Source: Octopus sinensis (lineage: Eukaryota). From it: 64,000 nt of DNA. Below, one piece after another: positions 43,001-55,800 of the stretch. Location: assembly GCF_006345805.1 (NCBI RefSeq), contig NC_043025.1:10664001-10728000 (forward strand), in the 5' to 3' direction. Under the pieces are notes generated by a model. It was not told where the DNA came from. It ran no database searches and saw only the letters and a program-made list of their open reading frames with translations. The position numbers and the translations under genes are program-made. Positions within the stretch are counted from its first letter, which is position 1, and each line of letters opens with the position of its first letter.

Positions 43001-43355
43001 GTTTGCTTCTCCCCCTTCTTCCCTCCCTCGTGAAGCTGTGGGGAAGGGAGTGTAAGGAAATCAACGTCGTAAAGCGTTGTCAAGGAGACCAGCGTTCTTT
43101 TAGAACAACGACTTCATGGCTTGAAGACACCAAAACAGAAATGGCTAAGAAAGCCCGAATTGGCATCTATAAGGGAAGTAACTCTCTAAAAATGCTTATA
43201 TAGTTATTTCCCTTACAAACCCGAGCAACGCCGGGCGATACTGCTAGTATATATATAAATTTTACGGAAAGCGAAGACCTTCTTCAGAAACATACACAAA
43301 AAGACAACCACCATAGTTTGACAGCTATGGTACTCATAACGTAATTTAGCCCAAT

Positions 43356-43394
<39 letters not shown>

Positions 43395-43565
43395 TCTTTT
43401 ACATGTTTCAGGCATTTGACTGCGGCCATGCTGGAGCACCGCCTTTAGCCGAGAAAAATCGACCTCAGGACTTATTCTTTGTAAGCCTAGTACTTACTCT
43501 ATCGTTCTGTTTTACCGAACCGCCGCTAAGTTACGGAGACGTAAACACACCAGCATCGGGGTGAG

Positions 43566-43612
<47 letters not shown>

Positions 43613-46600
43613 AAACGTATCAATGAATTGAAACAGAAAGAAGAAAATTTTTGTTCCGTACCCTATAGAGCTTATCATTCTTCATGGAGAAAAAAAAAAT
43701 CCTTGAAAAGGCTGATCTTTCTTCGACTTTCAGATGTTTTGGTAAACTTTCTGGTATTGAAATAAAAGAAATTGTCTGTATCTCATCTTGTCGTGGACCA
43801 GGGTATGAGTGGTTATAGAGCTGGTGGAGAAAAATGAAAGAAAAGGGGAAATTGGTTAATAATAAATAACACTACTACAACCTGTTTCTGCTGTTATTGT
43901 TGTAACCTCTGCTTTCACAACCACTTCAATATTACAACACAGCAAGTCACATTACAGCTAAAGCTATCAGTACGATACGCTACCACTCTCGCGGAAAATG
44001 ACGAGAAACCATCCGAGAAGAACCTATTTCTTTATTACCCACAAGGGGCTAAACATAGAGGGGACAAACAAGGACAGGCATAGGTATTAAGTCGATTACA
44101 TCGACCCCAGTGCGTAACTGGTACTTAATTTTATCGACCCCGAAAGGATGAAAGGCAAAGTCGACCTCGGCGGAATTTGAACTCACAACGTAGCGGCAGA
44201 CGAAATACCTATTTCTTTACTACCCACAAGGGGCTAAACATAGAGGGGACAAACAAGGACAGACATAGGTATTAAGTCGATTACATCGACCCCAGTGCGT
44301 AACTGGTACTTAATTTATCGACCCTGAAAGGATGAAAGGCAAAGTCGACCTCGGCGGAATTTGAACTCAGAACGTAAAGACAGACGAAATACAGCTACGC
44401 ATTTCGCCCGGCGTGCTAACGTTTCTGCCAGCTTGCCACCCGAGAAGAACCGTCAGTCTAAACCAAACTGAGGCCTTAAAAGCATATCGCTATTGTCTAT
44501 TCCCACGGCGGTGCATCACCATGGCCGCAGCTCTGAGCTGAAACTAGAAAAAAAAATTCAATCTGTACCTGTTAAACCTCCTCACCCACCCATCTACAGA
44601 TCACCCACACCACGATTACCCCCTGAGTATGGCATAATTTTATCAGTTGCCATAATTACATGAGAGCAGAACTGTGTGTATACCATCCCCTTTTTGTGCT
44701 ATTAGTTATCCCTTTCCTCGGAATCACGCCCTTTATCGCTCATCTAACACTTCTATCACACTTAGCAACAAAGGTTTTGTTACAGAAGACCAAATAAGTG
44801 TTCCTAGCTAATTTCGCTATTCCGATTTCAAATCTGTAATTAGATCTTTTTCTATTATGGTTAGGGAGATGTACTTGCATAGCAAGTAATTTGATCTGAG
44901 ATCGTGTGCTGAAACGAAAACAATAGCAGCGTGGAAGGTGTTTGTAAGCCATTTAAGAAACACACAAAAGTCGTTCGATTCACTTCAACATTTAAGTTTA
45001 ATTTGTCAAAATATCTTCGTCGCTAAAATCCGCGACCTGTTCACTGACAAAAATCCGTGCTGCATCTGTCAGTGAACAGGTCGCAGATTTTAGCGACGAA
45101 AATATTTTGACAAATTAAACTTAAATGTTGAAGTGAATCGAACGGCTTTTGTGTGTTTCTTAAATGGCTTACAAACACCTTCCACGCTGCAATTGTTTGT
45201 ATTATGGTTATATTTTGTATAAAATGCAAATCACTGAGTAAAATTTCCTGCCACGTCCAGATTTAGGTTTATTCATCTTATTGTCAGTAATACGGATTTT
45301 TCTTTACAAGATTAAAGGAATTTTTGTTTGCCAACTATATGCAAATTCTAATGATTTTGATCGTTAAAATTTATCCCGAGTTTGCAACACTGAGTCAAGA
45401 GTTGCCAATTGCCCAACGCTCGGTCAGTGGAGGCACATGACCTAGTGGTTAGAGTAGCGGACTCGCGGTCGAGGGACCGCCGGTTCGAATCTCAGACCGG
45501 GCGATGTGTGTGTTTATGAGCGAAACACCAAAGCTCCACGCGGCTTCGGCAGAAGGTAATGGTGAACTTCTACCAGTCAGTGGAGGCACATGGCCTAGTG
45601 GTTAAGGCAGTTGACTCGCGGTCGAGGGATCGCCGGTTCGAATCACAGACCGGGCGATGTGTGTGTTTATGAGCGAAAACACCTAAGCTCCACGCGGCTT
45701 CGGCAGAAGGTAATGGTGAACTTCTACCAGTCAGTGGAGGCACATGGCCTAGTGGTTAAGGCAGTTGACTCGCGGTCGAGGGATCGCCGGTTCGAATCTC
45801 GGACCGGGCGATGTGTGTGTTTATGAGCGAAATACCTAAGCTCCACGCGGCTTCGGCAGAAGGTCATGGCGAACTTCTGCTGACTCTTTTGCCACAACTT
45901 TCTCTCACTCTTTCCTCCTGCATCTTGCAGCTCACCTGCGACGGACCGGCGTCCCGTCCAGGTGGGGAACCTATACGCCAAGGAAACCGGGAAACCGGCC
46001 CTTATGAGCCAGGCATGGCCCGAGAAGGAAGAAAAAAAAATTTTTTTTAAACGGTTAACAAAAGGGTAATCATGCGAACGTATTGTACCAGTGCTTCCGT
46101 TCCGTTAGTTCCATATGAAACTCCATAGAAAAGACCACTGAAAGTATCCTGATACACTTTGGCAACAGCAATGCCAAGATTAGAATATATAGATGTGACT
46201 TGCGGCTCTTCCAGTGGAATTTTTCCCGGGATCGTTCCTATAATGTCCAGCAATCTGTGAGAAAATAAAGAAAACGATTTTCAATTAACACTGTGTTTCA
46301 AATACGTAATTAGCTGTAGGTGTAATTGCACTAATTATCTTAACTAACAAGGCTTTGTAAGTGTAGCAAGTATCCATTTTAAAGTAAAAAGTCACTCAAA
46401 GTATCTCTCTCTATATAAACGGCAGTTTGTCTGTCTGTGTGTCTGTGTGTCTGTCAGGTTGTACCCTCACCCTGACCACGGCTTTCAACCGATTCTGATG
46501 AAACTTGACACACACATAGCCCAATGTCATAATTCAAATCTAACGCAGCGAAAATTTTGAAAAGTTCCCTCAGTTCTGAAAAAAATCGATAAATTCGACT

Positions 46601-47403
46601 TGGGGTCGAGAATCTGAGCTTTTTATATGCAACACATTTTCTGTCTAGGGGACACAACTCGACCTTTTTATCGCCCAAAGGGACAGCTAGGAACATCGTA
46701 TACACAGAAGTATTCGAGTGAAGAGAAGACATAGCAACCTACACATGCGCCTTCGTTCCCTAGAGGGAAAGGACTAGATTGGGATTAGTCGTTGCCTACT
46801 AGGGGGCTCTTACATACCCGGGCAACGCCGGGCTATGCTGCTAGTTAAATATAAAACAATCTAGAATCATAGTTTCGTTCTGATTCCACATTTGTAGTAA
46901 CTGGCAATATGACGTAATGTCGTATTGCTGAAGAAATATCATTGTCGTTTTTCCATTGGTTAATATAACTGCTCATATAAAGATTCTAAAAGTTACTTAA
47001 AGAATATATATATATATAGGCACAGGAGTGGCTGTGTGGTAAGTAGCTTGCTAACCAACCACATGGTTCCGGGTTCAGTTCCACTGCGTGGAATCTTGGG
47101 CAAGTGTCTTCTGCTATAGCCTCGGGCCGACCAATGCCTTGTGAGTGGATTTGGTAGACGGAAACTGAAAGAAGCCTGTCGTATATATATATATAATATA
47201 TATATATATAATATATATATATATAGGCGCAGGAGTGACTGTGTGGTAAGTAGCTTGCTTACCAACCACGTGGTTCCGGGTTCAGTCCCACTGCGTGGCA
47301 TCTTGGGCAAGTGTCTTCTGCTATAGCCCCGGGCCGACCAATGCCTTGTGAGTGGATTTGGTAGACGAAAACTGAAAGAAGCCTGTCGTATATATGTATA
47401 TAT

Positions 47404-47469
<66 letters not shown>

Positions 47470-47472
47470 TCG

Positions 47473-47512
<40 letters not shown>

Positions 47513-48701
47513 TGTGTGTGTGTGTGTGTGTGTGTTTGTGTGTCTGTGTTTGTCCTCTGACAACCGATTCTGGTGTGTTTACGTCCCCGTCACTGGGCTT
47601 ACAAAGAATAAGTACCGGGGTCGATTTGCTCGACTAGAGGAGGTGCTCCAGCATGGCCGCAGTCAAATGACTGAAACAAGTAAAAGAGTAAAAGAGAGAG
47701 TATGTAATTTCGATTCTTTTTAAGTCAAGTTGTGCAGTTATAAAAACCCTGGATTTGGGGAATAACTTTAGTGTTTGTTGGATGTCACTTAACTCCACGG
47801 CACTCACTCCTTTGAGACATGGTGGTGGAAGCACTCCGTCGGTTACGACGACGAGGGTTCCGATTGATTCGATCAACGGAACAGCCTGCTCGTGAAATTA
47901 ACGTGTAAGTGGCTGAGCACTCCACAGACACGTGTACCCTTAACGTAGTTCTCGGGGATATTCAGCGTGACACAGAGAGTGACAAGGCCGGCCCCTTGAA
48001 ATACAGGTACAACAGAAACAGGAAGTAAGAGTGAGAGAAAGTTGTGGTGAAAGAGTACAGCAGGGATCACCACCAGCCCCTGCCAGAGCCTCGTGGAACT
48101 TTTAGGTGTTTTCGCTCAATAAAAACTCGCAACGCCCGATCTGGGAATCGAAACCGCGATCCTACGACCGCGAGTCCGCTGCCCTAACCACTGGGCCATT
48201 GCGCCTCCACTCTTTGAGACATAAGTGACTGTTGGTTCTTCTAAAAGACTCCGCCGGTTACGACGACGAGGGTCCCAGCTGATACGATCAACGGAACAGC
48301 TTGCTCGTGAAATTAACGTGCAAATGGCTGAGCATTCCACAGACACGTGTACCCTTAACGTAGTTCTCGGGGATAATCAGCGTGACACAGAGAGTGACAA
48401 GGCTGACCCTTTGAAATACAAGTACAACTCATTTTTGCCAGCTGAGTGGACTGGAGCAACGTGAAATAAAGTGTCTTGCTCAAGGACACAACGCGTCGCC
48501 GGGAATCGAACTCACAACCTTACGATCATGAGCCGAATGCCCTAACCACTAAGCCACGCGCCCTCACAACTGTTGGTTCTACTACTTCTGTTGTTGTCAG
48601 GTCAGCGTTGATGCAGCAAATTTTATTATCTGTGCCGCTCCAAATATGGCCACTGCTACTGCTTCTTTTCTTTTCTTTCTGTCACTCTTCGTCTTCTTAA
48701 T

Positions 48702-48750
<49 letters not shown>

Positions 48751-48851
48751 AACAACTACTACTACAACTACTACTACTACTACTACTACAACAACTACTA
48801 CTACAGCTACTACTACTACTACTACTACTACAACTACTACTACTACAGCAG

Positions 48852-48885
<34 letters not shown>

Positions 48886-48983
48886 AGCTACTACTACTTC
48901 TACTACTACTACTACTACTACTACAACTAAAACAACTACTACTACTACTATTACTACAACAACTACTACCACTACTACTACAG

Positions 48984-49039
<56 letters not shown>

Positions 49040-49750
49040 GCTGCTGCTGCAGTAGTCAAAAGTAATTTGACTATTACCTGCTGACGCTTCTGCTAGCTTG
49101 TTCTGCCTCAGCCAAGACCTTCTCCGGTGTGTCCATCATATCGTTGATACTAAGAAGTATGTTACTCAGTGTCACATTGGCCGACACGTTCGATATCACC
49201 GGCACCATTTTCTCAAGGATATCTACAGCTAAGTCAACGTCTTGTGTCTTGAAATACTCTGATTTCTGCGAAACATTAGAGACCTTTATCGAAATATCCT
49301 CGATATTCCCTGCAATGAGAAATTTAACATGAAATTTAATGGAATTTTACAGTCGCTTTGATTTGAAATATCAAATATCAAATGCAAATTGAATATCACA
49401 TCACATATAGGCGCAGGAGTGGCTGTGTGGTAAGTAGCTTGCTTACCAACCACATGGTTCCGGGTTCAGTCCCACTGCGTGGCATCTTGGCCAAGTGTCT
49501 TCTGCTATAGCCCCGGGCCGACCAATGCCTTGTGAGTGGATTTGGTAGACGGAAACTGAAAGAAGCCTGTCGTATATATGTATATATATATACGACAGGC
49601 TCCATAGTGTTGTGTAACACCGCCGCTGTTCCAGTTAACGTTACAGAGCAGTAGACCCTAAGGCTGTATAACGATGAACTGAACAACAATATATATATAT
49701 ACGACAGGCTTCTTTCAGTTCCGTCTACCAAATCCACTCACAAGGCATTG

Positions 49751-49822
<72 letters not shown>

Positions 49823-52800
49823 TTGTCCCCCTAGCATTGCTTGACAACCGATGCTGGTGTGTTTACGTCACCGTTACTTAGCGGTTCGGCAAAAGAGACC
49901 GATAGAATAAGTACTTGGTTTACAAAGAATAAGTCTCGGGGGTCGATTTGCTCGACTAAAGGCGGTGCTCCAGCATGGCCGCAGTCAAATGACTGAAACA
50001 AGTAAAAGAGTAAAGAGTAAAGAGTAAAGAGTATAGTAGTGTAAAATTGAAGATGTTCTCATAAGCATACAGTAAAAGCGTTTCGAAACACAATTACTAG
50101 CTTACCTTGATCGATGCGTTGGCTTCTGATGTTCCCCAGTCGCTGAGTGATCCACTCTGTATTGTAACATTGAGACATGTCTGGTTCTTGCCAGATACCA
50201 GTAAATGGTGAACATTTTAGTGGTGTCATAGATTGGCTTGATGCCATTTCTAGATGTCCCACCGTTCTTGGTGAACTGGAAAAATAAATGTAAAACATTG
50301 TCAGACAGTTTTTCTACATCAGTGACAGTGGTTACTATGAAAAACGTTATATATATATTGTTTGTAGAGGGAATCCTTCATCGAAGACCGGTGCTTACCA
50401 TACGTTGACAAGAGGCAATGACCTCGAAACTAGTCCGTATGTAGTACCCGGATCTTCGAGGGAGGATGACCTCCCTTTACAAACAAACAAGGACACTGAG
50501 ATAGTGTCAGTCCTTCAGGTGACGTTGATCGCCTGGGGCTAAAAGCATCAGTAACACCCCACCACCCCGCCCAGTCCCTAGCCACATTCAGATGGCTGAT
50601 ACCCCTTACATTGTCAGACGTGTTTATTCATTCTCTTCTCAACAATCTCAGAGGGATGAAGAGACCATCGATCTGGGTGTGATCTGAATCCCTAATCTAG
50701 TGAAAAAAAGGGTCAATAGTGTAATGCGTTGTTGTGAGACATCTATTATTTACTCCTGATCCCCTAACCTCAACATGAATGTAAGACGATTCTTTTCTAC
50801 TCTAGGCGCAAGGCCCGAAATTTGGGGGGAGGGGGCCAGTCGATTAGATCGACCCCAGTGTACAACTGGTACTTAATTTATCGACCCCGAAACGATGAAA
50901 GGCAAAGTCGACCTCGGCGGAGTTCGAACTCAGAACGTAAAGACAGACGAAATACTGCTGAGGATTTCGCCCGGTGTGCAAACGTTTCTGTCAGCTGACC
51001 TCGTTTCTGTTTTGTATGATACTGGTTTCAGATTTTGGCACAAGGCCAAGACTTTTGGAGGAGAGGGTAAGTCGATTGCACCAACCCCCAATACTCAATT
51101 GGTGCAGATTTTATCCATTACTAAGGATGAAAGGCAAAGTCTACCTCGACAGAATTCCTAAGGACGAAAAGTAAAGTGAACCTCGACGGAAGTTTGATAC
51201 CAGAACGTAAAGACAGACGAAGTGCTGCTAAACATTTCGGGATCTTTTCGGTTTGAACGGCAGTTTTTAACATAATTTCTAGGTAACTAAAACATTTTAA
51301 ACTTCGTATACTTGTAGAATGTGTTTATAAAACATCTTTTTCTCTTGGCTTTATTGAGAAAATTCTAGAGTTTGTAAGATATTTGTTGTTTATTTTCCTT
51401 CAATTTCTGCAATTTCAACCAATCAGTGACGTCTATTGAAGTAAAAAACATTCCGTGCCGTATGAATATGTCCCTCGTTTAAGAAACAGGGATCTTTTCG
51501 GTTTGAACGTCAGTTTTTAACATAATTTCTAGGTAACTAAATACTTTTAAACTTCGTATACTGGTAGAATGTGTTTATAAAACATCTTTTTCTCTTGGAT
51601 TTACTGAGAAAATTCTATAGTTTGTAAGATATTTGTTGTTTATTTTTCTTCAATTTCTGCAATTTCAACCAATCAGTGACGTCTATTGAGGTAAACAACA
51701 TTCTGTGCCATATGAATATGTCCCTCGTTTAAGAAACAGGGATCTTTTCGGTTTGAACGTCAGTTTTTAACATAATTTGTAGGTAACTAAAAAAATTTAA
51801 ACTTCGTAACTGGTAGAATGTGTTTATAAAACATCTTTTTCTCTTGGCTTTATTGAGAAAATTCTATAGTTTGTAAGATATTTGTTGTTGTTTTTCTTCA
51901 ATTTCTGCAATTTCAACCAATCAATGACGTCTATTCAGGTGAAAACATTCTGTGCCGTATGAATATGTTAAGAAACAGATTGGGTATATTTACATTTCTG
52001 AAGAAAACACGATATTTTAAACTTCGTATACTGGTAGAATGTGTTTATAAAACATCTTTTTCTCTTGGCATTATTGAGAAAATCCTATAGTTTGTAAGAC
52101 ATTTGTTGTTGTTTTTTCTTCAGTTTCTGCAATTTCAATCAATCAGTGACGTCTATTGAGGTAAAAAAACATTCTGTGCCATATGAATATGTCCCTCGTT
52201 TAAGAAACAGGGATCTTTTCGGTTTGAACGTCAGTTTTTAACATAATTTGTAGGTAACTAAAAAAATTTAAACTTCGTATACTGGTAGAATGTGTTTATA
52301 AAACATCTTTTTCTCTTGGCTTTATTGAGAAAATTCTATAGTTTGTAAGATATTTGTTGTTGTTTTTCTTCAATTTCTGCAATTTCAACCAATCAATGAC
52401 GTCTATTCAGGTGAAAACATTCTGTGCCGTATGAATATGTTAAGAAACAGATTGGGTATATTTACATTTCTGAAGAAAACACGATATTTTAAACTTCGTA
52501 TACTGGTAGAATGTGTTTATAAAACATCTTTTTCTCTTGGCATTATTGAGAAAATCCTATAGTTTGTAAGACATTTGTTGTTGTTTTTTCTTCAGTTTCT
52601 GCAATTTCAATCAATCAGTGACGTCTATTGAGGTAAAAAAACATTCTGTGCCATATGAATATGTCCCTCGTTTAAGAAACAGGGATCTTTTCGGTTTGAA
52701 CGGCAGTTTTCAACATAATTTCTAGGTAACTAAAAAAATTTAAACTTCGTATACTGGTAGAATGTGTCAAAATAAAACATCTTTTTTTCTTGGCTTTATT

Positions 52801-55800
52801 GAGAAAATTCTAGAGTTTGTAAGATATTTGTTGTTTATTTTCTTCAATTTCTGCAATTTCAACCAATCAGTGACGTCTATTGAGGTAAAAAAAAACATTC
52901 CGTGCCGTATGAATATGTCCCTCGTTTAAGAAACAGATTGGGTTTATTTACATTTGTGAAGAAAAAAAGATACCCTTCCCCCCACCCCTAACCCTAAAAT
53001 AGATTGAAATGCAATAGATCGATACTAGGGTCATAATTATGGGTGACAATTTCATATGACACCGCTAGAAAAAACCTGCCGTTCAAACCGAAAAGATCCA
53101 CATTTCGCCCGGCGAATTAACGATTCTGCCAGTTCTTTGCCTCCAATCTTTTTCTAATACTGACAAGAAATCAAAACTTGGAAGTTAGACCAAAGCATCA
53201 TTGTCACATAATATAATAAAACACATAATATATAAAATGCAAAATTGTTGTGACGAGTGATTGCAACCGAAGGACATTAATCCCGTCACCTTAATGTCTC
53301 TAGCTGTGTTATTTACTCTACCATGTAACATTGTGGAGGCGCGTGGCTTAGTGGATAGGGTGTCAGCATCATGATCGCAAGGTTGTGGTTTCGATTCCTG
53401 GACCGGGCGATGTGTTGTGCTCTTGAGCAAAACACTTCATTTTCACGTTGCTCCAGTCCACTCAGCTGGCAAAAATGAGTAACCCGTGCGACGGACAGGC
53501 GTCCCGTCCCGTCCAGGTGGGGAATTTCTACGCCACTGAAACTGGGAAACCGGCCCTTATGAGTCTGGCATGGCTCGAGAAGGAACATTTATATTTTATT
53601 ACCATGTAACATTGTGGAGGCGCGTGGCTTAGTGGTTAGGGTGTCAGCATCATGATCGCAAGGTTGTGGTTTCGATTCCTGGACCGGGTGATGCGTTGTG
53701 TTCTTGAGCAAAACACTTCATTTTCACGTTGCTCCAGCCACTCAGCTGGCAAAAATGTGCAACGCTGCGATGGACCGGTGTCCCGTCCAGGTGGAGGAAT
53801 TTCTACGCCACTGAAACCGGGAAACCGGCCCTTATCAGCCTGGCATGGCTCGAGAAGGAACATTTATATTTTACTAGCAGTATCGCCCGGCGTTGCTCGG
53901 GTTTGTAAGGGAAATAACTATAAACCATTTTTCGAGAGTTATAGCCAAAAAATAGCAAAGAAGTGGGAAAAAAATTATGGTAAATTTTTTTTGAGAGTTA
54001 AAAAGGTCGAGTTGCGTCCCCTAGACAGTCTGTGGTTTGTGTTTCTGATTCTAGTCCCCATGTCGAATTTATCGATTTTTTTCAGAACTGGGGGAACTTT
54101 TCAAAATTTTCGCTGCGTTAGTTTTGAATTATGACATTGGGCTATGTGTGTGTGTGTCAAGTTTCATCAGAATCGGTTGAAAGCCGTGGTCAGGGTGAGG
54201 GTACAACCTAACAGACACACAGACACGCAGACAGACAAACTGCCGTTTATTATAGAGAGAAGTCTTGTGTTTGTGTTTCTGATTCTCGACCCCATGTCGA
54301 ATTTATCGATTTTTTTCAGAACTGGGGGAACTTTTCAAAATTTTCGCTGCGTTAGTTTTGAATTATGAATTGGGCTATGGTGTGTCAATTTCATCAGAAT
54401 CGGTTGAAAGCCGTGGTCAGGGTGATGGGTACAACCTGACACAAACACAGACACGCAGACGACAAACTGCCGTTATATAGAGAGAGATGAAGTTAGACTA
54501 TAATTCCTCATTCTATTAACATACATTTGCAATGATAAACTGCAATACTCGGACATAACCACATTGATAATTTCATCGCTGTTTATTGTCAACTGTATTT
54601 CACAAAGTACTAAGAATCGGTTGAAAGCCGTGGTCAGGGTGAGGGTACAACCTAACAGACACACAGACACGCACAGACAAACTGCCGTTTATATAGAGAG
54701 AGATTATCGTGTAACATTCTCTCAAAATAGGATGTCACTGAAAGCTTCCGATTCTGAGAAGAAATAAAGCAATAGAAACGAACCAGTATCTCGTTGCTAC
54801 ATTTGCATGACATGGGAGCGTCGCATTGCTTCCTGTTTTGGTCACTGGCCAATGGAAAGTACCATTATTTGAGGATGTGTTTTCATTACAAACCACTGAA
54901 AAAGAAACAAATATGGATATGAAAGAAGTCATTAGCAGTAGTAGTAGTAGAGGTCGCTGTTGTAAATTAATAATCTGAACGAGCTGGCTGATATGAGGAC
55001 AATGGCTGATAAATTATGATAAATATCAAAGTGAGTATATAACATAGCGGCAACACATCGTGACGTAATATTTGCCATTTCAATATGGCTACCCCTAGGT
55101 GGATGCTACTGTAGTTTTAGCCCCAGAGGACACACTCCGCCACTGGCCATAACACACTTTCTCTGCCCTATCATATCTGCAAAGGGAAGTCATCCTTCCC
55201 GTCTTCACTTATGATCACACGGACTCGAGTTTCGAGGTATTGACCTCTGCGTCAGCAGTGTGACAATCATATTTGTCGGCGAGAATTAGATTTCCTTCAC
55301 AAATACTTATACTTTTTCCAGCGTCCACTGTGTCGCTGATATTGAAAAAGTGAAATCAAACAATGATAATATCAAAGTGAGTTATTACAGTAGCGGCAAC
55401 CACGTGACGTATATTTGCCATTCAATATGGCTAACCCCTAAGGGTGAGCTACTGTATTTAGCCCCAGGAGGACACACTCCTCCAGCTGGCCATAGACACC
55501 TTTCTGTGCCTATCAGTATTTGCAAAGGGAAGTCATCCTTCCGTCTTCAACTTATGATACACACGGACTCGGTTTCGAGGTATTGACCTCTCGTCAGAGC
55601 GTGTGACAATCATAGTTGTCGGCGAGAATTAGATTCCCTTCACAATACTTATACTTTTTCCAGCGTCCACTGTCGCTGATATTGAAAAAGTGAAATCAAA
55701 CAATGATAAATATCAAAGTGAGTTATATACAGTAGCGGCAACACGTGACGTATATTTGCCATTTCAATATGGCTAACCCCTAAGGGTGGATGCTACTGTA

